DNA from: Klebsormidium nitens | Lineage: Eukaryota; Plantae; Klebsormidiophyceae | NCBI GenBank assembly: GCA_000708835.1 | Contig: DF236980.1 | Location: 98,890-162,889, forward strand | DNA: 64,000 nucleotides | Direction: 5' to 3' | In this document: piece by piece, positions 54,101-64,000 of the stretch | Position numbering within the stretch: the stretch's first letter is position 1 | Layout: the number at the start of each line of letters is the position of its first letter | Position numbers and translations under genes: made by a program | The notes under the pieces: generated by a model | Told to the model about the DNA's origin: nothing | The model's input: only the letters and a program-made list of their open reading frames with translations | Database searches by the model: none

Positions 54101-57100
54101 CGCGCCCGACAGTCTGCGCTCCTCAGGGAGCAACTAGAGGCCGCCCTGAGGGGCCGGAGACACCGGTCCCTGAGCCTGGCTCTGTGGGGCTGGCGGGAGT
54201 GGGGTGTGAATAAGCGCAGGCAGCGGGAAAGGATTGCAGAGGTGGAAGTTGAGATACTGCGCAGGCGATTGGAGGCAGCGTTTGGAGCGTGGCGGGGGGA
54301 AGCCGCGAGAAAGGGGAGGAAGAGAAACGCAGTTAGGAGGGGGTTAAAGGCGGGTTATGGGCGGGTTTGGCGGCACTGGGCGTGGCGCGCCAAAGCGCGG
54401 GTGCTTCTGCGGCGGGTCTTTGCAGAGGGTGAGCGCATGTAATGTGTATCGTCCTTCTTCCCAGATAGGAGGGCACCTGAAATTGGTGTCGTTTTGTTTT
54501 GTGTTCAGACGCTGAATGCGGTTGTGTTCAGCCGGTAATTGCTTCTCTTTTGCAGATTGTTCAACGTAGACTCCCTGTCGGCCCAGTTTTTGACGCTTAT
54601 TATGATCTTCTATGCGTCGCTTTTTAAATTCTTCTATGCGTCCGTAAGTCATCTTCCATGTAACGACTGTCCAGTCGCTCTGGAAATGACTGACTAGTGA
54701 CGTCGTCTCAAATTTGACAACGCTGGAGCATACAGACTGACACTCAGGAGTCCCGCATTTACAGCGGAGGCCCGGTGGACTGTCGCCGCGCGCTTCCCAA
54801 GCCACCACTCGGAGTTCCAGGCCGCCCTGGTGTGCTTCGCCACCTGGCGCGCGTTCACACTCCATCGCGCCGCTGACCGCGCCGAGGCGGTGCGAACGGG
54901 CGCCGCTGACGTGTACAACCGGGCTCGTTTGCTGACCAAGGCCTTCCAGGCTTTGCGGATTCCGGTCGACGAGCACCGGGCGCAGAAAAAGGAGGAGCTG
55001 TTCCGGCGGAAAATGCTGTGGGCGTGGCGGAAGTGGGCGGAACGGAAGAAGGACGGAGCGACGGCAAGGGTTTTGGCGAGGTTCAGGGTGGCAGCTGGCG
55101 GGCGGACGGTCGGGGAGTTCAACCGGGCGCGAGTTCTGCGGGGTTTTGTGCGGGTTTGGAGGCGGGCTACGGAGGAGAAACGTGCGCGGGCGGAATCGTA
55201 CCGGGCGAGAAGTTCTGTGAAAAGGGCGTTAAACGGATGGGTAAAGATTAGGGAGGAGAGTCAAGAACGGGTGGCTGTTCACACCAGAAGGTGGGAACGG
55301 GTGGAATTAGGTGGCGTGTTGAACGAGTGGAAAAAATTGGGGTTGGAGAGGAAGGAAAGGGAGCGGAAAGTTGAGGTGGGGAAAAGGAAGGTTGGACGGA
55401 GATTACAGGAGGTGGGGTTGGAAGCCTGGAAGGCTTACAGCGAAAGCAGGTAAGTCCCCGCTCTGTTTCGAGGTCTTTTGAGGTTTTCTGTTCTTGTCTT
55501 GCTCGCTCGTAATCCTTTTGCTCTGAATACTTAGGCCTTCAATGTAAGGACGCCGCAAACACTTCCTTTCCGGTGGAACGGAACAGTGAAAAGGACAAAC
55601 TGACATCGGGTACCTGGGGGAAACGAGAACCCTTCAGAACCCTTGGCCTTTAAAACTGTAGTGCTCTTAAAAGCTGAAGTGTGACAGACTAGCGTGTCAC
55701 GTATACGAACTCCGTTCCAACATTCGATCTTTACACTGCCCCGAACCCTTCCTGTGGGTGCTGTCTGCTCAGACCAGTAATCAGGTCCTCGTTTTGTCCG
55801 AGTTTTTGAACCCGTTCTTAGGTACTAAGCCGAAGAGCAGAGACAGAAGGGCCGGCCTTCACAGCCACGTTAGCAGAGCTGCAGGCCTGCATGTCTCCGC
55901 GGTTGAACAATCATTGGATGGGGCGAGCTGCAATTCAACGTGTTTCCTTGCAGTCCCTCCACACCAGATTCGACTCATTCACTGCACCTGGACTCTTAAG
56001 CCGCACATTGTGAGTGGCAGATTTTCAAACTCACGAAGATTCTTCAAGAAATTCGCTTTCTAGCTTCTCCTCGATTCATCTTTTTAAGCTTCCTCACGTC
56101 TGACTCCTCTGCAAACCAACTTTTGCAGGCGACACAAGCGCAGCGTCTCCCTCCTAGCGCGTAAGCACGCGTCCCTTCTCCTGAAGCGCCGCACCTTACG
56201 CTCCTGGCTGGCGCGTTTCGCGTGGAGAGACCTCAAAGAACGGGCCAATCAGCTGCGAGAGCACAGGCTCAAGCGCGCCACGTGGCGCGCTCTCATTCGC
56301 CACACGCGGGAGTCGCAGGTCGTCCGGGACTTGGTCATTGGGTCCCGCACACGGGGCTTCAGCGTGGCGACCAGCTTGCACTCCTCGCGGGCCAGAGTGT
56401 CGCTCCTTGGAAGCGGTCGGGTGACGCCTAGGTTTGGGCAAGGAACGCCCAAGTCTGGCCGGGATACGCCAAGACTTGGTCGGGCGACTCCGAGAGCTGC
56501 TCCGGGGAAGTTGAAAGCCGGGGGGGATCCCCCAAAACCTGCTCGGAAGACGTCCAATTCAGCGCTAAAAACAACAAAAAGTGATCGGAAGGAACTCACA
56601 TCTGGCTGGGTCACGCCCGAGTCTGGCCAAGAGACGCCAAGCCTTGGACGGGGGACGCTGACAGCTGCTCGGGAGGGTTCGAAGATATGCCGGCAGGCCC
56701 CAAATCCTGCTCGGGAGACGCCCAATCGAGCTCCGGACAGTCCAGAGTCTGATCAGCAGAAACCCACGTCGAGTCGGGGCACGCCCAACCCAGCTCGACT
56801 TATCGAAGAATCTGGTCGGGAAGAGCTCAAGACGGCGACCAACTTCAGTGAAGGACAGGCGCTTCGGTCGGCCCGGGGCGTACCGCAAACGTCTCGGTTT
56901 GCTGCGCTGGAAGAAGGGGAGAAAAGGACGCGAAAGAGCGGGATCAGACTTCGCAAGAAAGGGTTCTCGGAAAATGTGAGCTCAGGATTGACGGCGATTG
57001 GGGTTGAGGGTCAGGGAAAGGGCAGCGGAAAGGTCACGGAGAGGCTGATCTCCGAAGGGAGAGCCGTCGACAAAGGCGGAGCTTTGCGAAGAGTTGCCGG

Positions 57101-60100
57101 CTCTCTGAACGGTGGACACGTGTCTCCGCGCGTTGCTCGGGTGGAATCTGAGAGTGTCAGGGCGACGTCTCGGGGGCCGTCCGAATTCGAGACGACGCTG
57201 AAGACGGACAAAGCGTCAGCAGAGGGTGAGGAGTCGGCGCTGACGTCAGCAGCGGAAGAGGGCCCGGCGCTGACGTCAGCAGGCGGTCTGCGGGAGATTG
57301 CGGGTGACGATGATGGTCTGGCTGGGTGTGCTGAGCTTCAAGAGCGGGCTGATCTAGAGACAGAGGGAAGACGACTCAGGGGGGGGGGGCGGTTAGCCCC
57401 GGAGATTTCTACTGGTTCAGATTGTATGGTGCTTGATTCACCGCAAATGGAATCCCCCAGCGCCATGGTTGCTGATTGCGAGCGAGAAGTGACCGGCAGA
57501 ATGGACGTCAGGAGAGAGCCTTTCAATGAACGGTTGTCCGTGAGTGGCGAGATAGTGACGGAGGCTCGGGACGTAACGGCCGGGAGAAACGGTCCGGGGC
57601 GGAAAAGTGTTTGCGGGATCCGGAAGGAGCGCTCGGGGCAACCAGTGTCAGCACGGCACGTGGCTGCTGACGTGTCGCCTGTTGAAAGCGAAACGCTTGC
57701 AGGAACAGCTGAAAGGATAGAGGGGCCGAAGAGGGGCGGAGGTGCAGAAAGGAGGGCGAGACGGGACCCGGAATCAAACGTGGGGCGGACGGAAGCCGCT
57801 GGATCTACGCGAGTGGATGCAATTTGGGAGAGAGGCGAAGTGGGAAACAGAGGCGCAACGCTGCGTCGAGAAGAAGCGAAAGCCGGGGATAGGGGCCGGA
57901 ATAGCTATCAGGCGACAGGTGGAGCCCAGAGGGAAGTAAGCGGTGGTATGCCCAGGTAAAGGAAGTCCGGAACAGCCAGCGAGCATAAACTAGGAAACGT
58001 AAGAGTGCAAAAGGCGGTGCGAAAGAGTACGGGGACGCTTGTGAGTGTCTTGGGGGAAAAGCGTCCGAAGCGGTTCTCGTATGTGGAGACAAAGGTGCGA
58101 GAGATCGCCACCGTGCGGGCCGATCAAAATAAGAGACCGAGCGTCAATGGGAAGACTTCCGGGTTTAGGAGCGAAAAGAGAGGGGCAGGGACGGGTGCGC
58201 GGACGGCGAAGAATCTTGCGGTGCTTTCGCCGCAGTCTGTGGGCGGTTTGTCGCCTTGGGAGGGAGCGGAAAGTGTGTGGTCGCCGGAGGGGATCCCTTC
58301 GAGAGGGCATGCAGTTTCAGCTGAAAGCGGGTGCCCGCCTGAACACGACGGCCCGGGGGGTTTCTGGCTCGGCACAAACGACCCTCCGGAAGATAATGGT
58401 GGGACGGAGTGGCTCAGAAACCGGGAGACATCCTTGGCGGCCGATCATCTTGACTTGGATGGAAACAGAATCCAGACTGACCAGAAGACGACAGTTTTGC
58501 CAGCAGGGGGGGACGGGAGGACACGTGGCAGCCGAACATTCGTCGAGGCCGAGCACGGTCGAGGGGCCCAGGGACGAATACAGGTACAGGAGAAGGTCGA
58601 GCTACGTGAGGGTGTTCCCCAAGAGTGGGCGGACGGATCGCGAAGGGACCGGAATGAAGCGGCGGGTGGAGCGGAAGGAGCGGACCATAGGAAGACCGCA
58701 GGAAATCTGCGGACGGCGATCTGTGACGGAGGGCGGAATCCGGGGATCCGGGAGAGCGGAATGGAGGACGGAATGGAAGGCGTCGTCTGCGCCCCAGGGG
58801 AAGTAAACTTGGTAGAATCGGGGGAGGAGACCAGTGACCGCTGCTGGGAAGAGACTGGAATGGACGACTGTCGTTTGGCCAGCGCGAGAGGGCTGGGACG
58901 TGCCAGTATCGGCAATGTACATGTGGCTACTTCTCGACAATCCGACGGACAATTTGACGGAGAGTCTAATAGACGGATTGCCGGAAATTCGGACCGACAA
59001 ACGTTGGGTGATGAACAGAGGGACGCCGTGGAGTTCAGCCGGGGGGGTTATTGCACGGTGTGGGCTAGGCCCCCAAAACAAAGCGCCTCGCTTGACGAAA
59101 ACGAATGTCAAGAGTGGCCGGCGATAGAATCGTTTGCTCGGCTGCTGCCGTCTTCCGGTCGCCAGGAAAGGCGGAGTGCGGCGGAGCAGGAGGGGGCCTT
59201 TTCACACCACGAGGAATGGCAGCCAGACCTTCAGTCAGCGGACGGGTGTGATGAGGCTCTGGGTGAGGACAAATTGGCGCCTTTCCGGGAGTTGAGATTG
59301 AGTGCTGACGAGGGCAGTGACCAATGGGACCGAGAATCTTGCAGCTCACAGGATGAAGGGCGAGCTGACGTCGCCGCGGTAGATGTATTGGGAAACGGTG
59401 TGGCAGGCAAGCGCACAATCGCAAAGCCGCTGAGCATTGCCGGACGCGGAAGGGTTAGCGGCAGGAGCATCCGTGATCCACCGGATGCCCCAACGGGTGT
59501 GAATGAGGAGGTTGGAGCGATAGGGGACTTTCCGTTTGGGTTGGAAACGGAAGAGCGGAAAAGCTGGTCTCTGCAAGGAGACGGTAATTGGGACGTCCGA
59601 GAACGTGGGGTTGGGGCCGGTGAGCTGCTTTCGGGGCGTCTCGAAGCGGATCGTTTCTGCGAAACGGTCGCCCCGGTTCGAAACCCCTCGACAGCTGCGG
59701 CTACCGAGGAACAAGGTCGGAGGAGAGAGGATGTGACGGCTGGGGTGGCGGTCAGGAAGAGCGCGGCGAGGTGGCCGCCTGACCGGTTGCCACGTGGCAT
59801 CGCAGGATTGTCTGCGGGGGCTTTAGAAAAGGAGACGGCGGGAAAGACTCGTCACGGCAGTCTCGTGAGATGGCCTCCGGGAGCCTTTGAGAGCAGCGGG
59901 TCTCGAAGGAATTCTGGAAAAGGTTACGAGAATGGTAACGATGTTCTTCCGCCCAGTTTTGAATCCCCGGGTGCGAAGCATAGGAGGGCGAGCGCGCCTT
60001 CCGTCGCTCTAGAAGCGGCTGGGGAGACGCCAACCGGGCCGGAGCTTGTGCGGGGTTTCAGAGTTGTCGAGCCTGACTGCGCGCTGGGGCCCAGACATTG

Positions 60101-60146
60101 TACAAACAGTATTCCGCAAGGTAATGATGACTTACAAGCAGATTGA
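51177..60146 (+). CDS. Sfi1-repeat (centrin-binding-like) protein with N-terminal coiled coil and a very long disordered C-terminal tail; multi-exon, 5' end uncertain
   Basis: Repeated basic helical units ending in [FL]xxW, ~27-33 aa apart (LLAW, LRGW, VFKLW, LALWGW, AFGAW, LWAW, FVRVW, LNGW, LNEW, LRSW) in ORFs 52453-52749, 53477-54442, 54830-55453 and 56130-56330. These run into the low-complexity ORFs 56331-57959 and 57960-60146. Full exon structure not resolved. Confidence 0.7.
56415..56795 (+). repeat. 21-bp (7-aa) degenerate coding repeat array, consensus G/A-R-x-T-P-x-x
   Basis: GRVTPRF GQGTPKS GRDTPRL GRATPRA ... GWVTPES GQETPSL GRGTLTA AREGSKI CRQAPNP ARETPNR APDSPES DQQKPTS SRGTPNP. 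Confidence 0.8.
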
Positions 60147-60284
60147 GACCGCATAGCTAGCGTTCCGACCTGACGGTTAGAATCCACTACTTGGAGCTTA
60201 AAGGTGTCGGGACATGGGTGTTGAGAAGCAGCACCGTCGTGATTGAGCGAGCGCGTTGGAGAGTCGCAAATTACAACCTTAACT

Positions 60285-60815
60285 CATGACGAGTGAGCTG
60301 GATCGTGACGTTGTCTCTGCCGGATCGTCAAATAGCAACCTGAGCGTCGTTGCATTTAAGTCCGCTGTCATGGCATAGGACTAGGAATGCATGAAATGTC
60401 CTATACATCATGGTGACCGCGTCGGTCTTGCAAAAGCCCGGGTTCAATCACGGCGGCCGTTCGAACCCTTGAAATAAGTCAATGATGGTGGGTCATGTCG
60501 GCACTCTAGGACGAATTCAGTTACGTATGCAGTGGCACTCATCATGACGGCTAGCCATGCTGGCATGTACCGGCGCGCGCCATGGCGGCCTGGCACATGC
60601 ACGCGATAGCTCATGGTGCGGATTCAATACCCTTCGTCATGGCCGTGACACATATAGGCGGCTGGCTACTAGCAGCTCCGCATGTGCTCATTTTCGTTAA
60701 GACTCAGCGTCATTAATCGTGCATGCGATCGACTGCAGCCGGCGGCCCGGCTGCGGCGATGATGGATGCATCTGACGGGCAGCATTGAACAAGATACATT
60801 TGCAGTCCTGCCATG
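60285..60815. other. CATG-rich intergenic block between convergent 3' ends (Sfi1-like / NDPK)
   Basis: 15 CATG counted in ~530 bp. Confidence 0.75.
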
Positions 60816-61072
60816 TTGATGCTTTGTACGACGTTGCCACATAGCTTATTACGTTTGACCTTGCAAGCTTCCCGTCGACCTGTTTAACAAAACCGGGAAT
60901 CTAGTTGTCTACATCCAGCGACTGCTGGTTTGTCTCTGAAAACTCGTTCGGCACTTGGCAGTCGCGTCTCTTGAAACGAATCAAAACGAAACATCGCAAA
61001 CGCGCTCTAATTGAAGGCAGTTGCACCACTATCATGACTGTGTCGACTTGTGACCTGACGAGGGTTTTTAAG

Positions 61073-63494
61073 CTACTTCTCGTACACCCACTTGTGGATG
61101 TCCAATCCGTAAGATACAAGGTCTTCGGGCGTGAACCACAGCCCAATCTCCTTCTTGGCACTGTCTGGCGAGTCGCTCCCATGGATGATGTTCCTGCAAA
61201 GTAACGGTGCGGGCGACGAGCTGACTACTTCTTCCTCACATATCAGCCTGGGAGGACTCTCTGTAGGCTTCTTACAGATGTGTAAGATAAACACTGCCTC
61301 GTCTTATTCATGTTATGAACTCCAGCTCAAAATGAAGGAGCTGAAGTCAGTGATACCAACGTCTTGAAGTCTAGTCGAAAAGGATTACTCGAGCCTCACA
61401 TATAATGATTCATGAGAACTGATCCGCGAAGTTGGGGTTGGCAATCCAGTCCTGAGGATTATAGTGGCTGAATGGGATGATTCGAGCCTTGACAAATGAA
61501 TAATTCATTGAAAACTGATTAGCGAAGTTGGGACTGGCGATCCAGTCCCGAAGAGCATACGCAGAGCCTTCTGGTCTCTCAGATTTTTGCACCAATTCGA
61601 TAGATTTTTGGAAGGCAAACTGCGGCCATACCTGCCAACCTGGATGCCAAAGTCTCCCCTGATGGTTCCTGGCGCCGATTCCAGCGGTTTCGTCGCTCCA
61701 ATCATTTTCCTCCCGTAAGTGACAACGCCCTGTCCCTCCCACACCTAAGACACGAAAGAGGTGGTTCACACGAAAACTTGACATACACTGATACTGTCAG
61801 CAAAGCTGGAGAGAGGTTACGGCAGGTTGGTCTGAAATATGAAGATGGGAATTCGGGTTTACTTTGCTTTGTCCCAATTTCTGAAGGCAGAGCTGAACAA
61901 TCTGAGATTTCTGTCACAGCCTAAGCATGCCCTGAAACCCTTTTATTGTGCAGGCTTTGTTTGTGTGCGGGAAGGAATGCCTATCAAATGAACAGTTAAG
62001 ATGATCAAGAGCCTCGGAGTCCTCTTACAAAGAAGTTTACCTGGACGCTCATGTCATGCCACTTTCTAATTCCAGGATAGATCGAGCAGCCCTCGGAGAG
62101 GCGGCCACAAAACGTCAAGCACGCACTCCGCAAATCTCACCATTGCAAGGACCGGCCCCGAGCTGAGGAAATCGGTAAGGCCCTCGAAGAAGGGGCGCCC
62201 CTCATGCTCTGCGTAGTGCTTTCCAGCAAACTCCTTTGTGGGGACGAGGATCTTGACTGCCACCAGCTTGTAGCCTTTCCTCTCAAAGCGGGCGATGATG
62301 TCAGCGATCTGCAACAGAGACCGATGAAGTGCCGTGATTGGACAGCCGTGGAGGAAGTATAGGTGCACAATGGAATGCACACTGGAAAGAGTTTTCTTGG
62401 CTTCCATTCACTGCAAATTTTCGTTTCTCTGGCTTCTGCGTGTCAGCAACAAACTGGACGAACTAACAAAACTAGAGAACCAATCTGGTGCAAAACGTTG
62501 ATCAGAACGTACTAAGATCCTCAATCACTAAGTCTAGTGGATCGGTGAACCGATTGACTGGGTGTCAGCATACTGCCATAACTGGTGGACTCACCAGTCC
62601 CCTCTGCACTCCATCAGGCTTGATTGCAATGAAGGTCCTTTCAGCCTGTAGAACCATCAAAATTAGTCGTCATTGATTGACTCATGCAACAATCGGCGTA
62701 AAGAGAGAGTTGATAGAAGCTGCAAAGAATCTCCAAGGATGTTTGATTCAGTCTGCTCTTCAGGTCGTTGATCACAAGAAGGAAGACAGATCCAGGCCTT
62801 GCTACTTCAAAGCAGATAAAGTAAAGTGGTCCTCACCTCCTCTGCGCTCACTGTACCACTGCCCACAAAAGCTGCATTGAGAACACTTCCGCTTCAGAGT
62901 ACTGTTCACTTTGCCGGGATGAGATGGACACTAAAGTGCATACTTTGATACTACACAAGCCAAAGGCTCTGGCCACAGGTTGCATCAGTGGCACCACTCG
63001 CTGGGCGGCCGCACTGGCCAACATCATCCAATCCAAGCGGAGCTTGTGCGCTGATGAGTGCACATTCGGAGTGGTTGCGTTGGGCGCACCTGCAACTGCT
63101 GCTGTTGCCGCCAACCAGTTCCCCCGGCGCGCTCCTTGTGAGCCATTGCATGCTTGATGCACCACTGCCCTTACTGCGGGGCCCTGGCTGAGCGCACCAC
63201 ATGCAACGCTTCTGCCTGCAGTCGCCAACCAAATCTGCATATGAGATTGTTGAAATATCAAGATATCATATCACAACCTACTGTTCGAACCTAGCAGACT
63301 TCTATGTTGATTGCTAACCGTGCAACTCATCCATTCAAATCCTGGAAATACATGCCCCACTCCTGATTGATGCATCCTTTCAGCCAGCGCTGCATTCGTC
63401 GCGGGTGCAAACATTGTTCAAGCGCACCTGCATTCGGACGGCCCATCCTTGTTAGCGCAGAGCGCCAGGCGGCTCTCATCGCTTGAGTCCTCAT
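61073..63494 (-). CDS. NDPK3: Nucleoside diphosphate kinase, mitochondrial NDPK3-type, 7 exons, ~226 aa
   Basis: Arg/Ala-rich presequence [22 protein letters not shown]..., hydrophobic [11 protein letters not shown], then [17 protein letters not shown]|[15 protein letters not shown]...[10 protein letters not shown]|VWEGQG...[14 protein letters not shown]|NIIHGSDS (active-site His). Exons 63428-63494, 63090-63215, 62837-62871, 62595-62645, 62141-62308, 61632-61744, 61073-61193 (681 nt). Confidence 0.95.
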
Positions 63495-63811
63495 GATTGA
63501 CTAGAAATGCTGATGGTGGAACGAGTGGTGGAAGGTTTCAGCACGATTCGTGCACTAATAAGCAGTCCTCCACCACCTTTTGGCAGTGGCGAAGTCCGTT
63601 GTGCTTGAAAGAAGCAGTGATTGATCTGCTCATGCAATGCTGCCTGCCAAATGGCAATTAATGCTCCTGGTGACCGTCACCAGGGGCACTGGCAACTGCG
63701 CCACCCTGCAAATCTTTGTACGCACTGACGCACAGCCGACCGTCGATCGTAATAACCCCTCTTGGTTTGTCGTCCGATTTGCTTTCACGTGATAGAAATC
63801 TAGCCTGGTCG

Positions 63812-63874
63812 ATCCAGGATGTACTTATGCCATGAGAAGAGAACATCCAGGATGTACTTATATGCCATGAGAAG
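63812..63874. repeat. Short tandem duplication, 33-bp period, upstream of NDPK3
   Basis: atccaggatgtactta(ta)tgccatgagaag at 63812 and 63845. Confidence 0.85.
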
Positions 63875-64000
63875 CCTATTAAGGCTATGGCCCTACTGGC
63901 TGCGGCGTATTTGAAAAGAGACCATCATCTGAGGTATAACCAGGATAATTAACCCTTTAACAGCGGCTGTTGCCTTTTGTTGCCTTTCGCAACAACATAC

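Noticed and set aside
60420-60470. tRNA B-box-like GTTCGAACC / GGTTCAATC
   Set aside because: No cloverleaf, acceptor stem or A-box could be folded.

Overview
Intron-rich eukaryotic nuclear DNA with GT-AG introns. It carries plant-type genes (RLK/Pelle kinase, AFR/SAP30-like, PCO) alongside a probable centriolar Sfi1-repeat gene, which fits a streptophyte alga such as Klebsormidium (inference). Genes rebuilt by hand from splice sites, left to right: a plant cysteine oxidase (-, running off the left edge); a DRP3-type dynamin (-, 20 exons); an NKAP/MAS2-like protein (-, 10 exons); an AFR/SAP30-like protein (-, 6 exons); a ~3.4-kb tandem duplication of a zf-MYND gene (+, +); a 22-exon ~1340-aa receptor-like kinase (-); a giant Sfi1-repeat protein (+); and a mitochondrial NDPK3-type kinase (-). 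The most interesting items are (1) the receptor kinase ectodomain, which joins a Pmp-like beta-helix, an EGF module, a stalk dense in N-glycosylation sites and an ALE2-like module; (2) an obligatory 5-nt microexon supplying the GY of that kinase's GTxGY motif; (3) a frameshift in MYND copy 1 that a copy-specific new intron could rescue; (4) intergenic blocks strongly enriched in CATG; and (5) a 7-aa TP phosphosite repeat array in the Sfi1-like tail. No rRNA, tRNA, CRISPR array or intact transposase was recognised. All exon coordinates and motif counts are manual and were not checked against RNA data.
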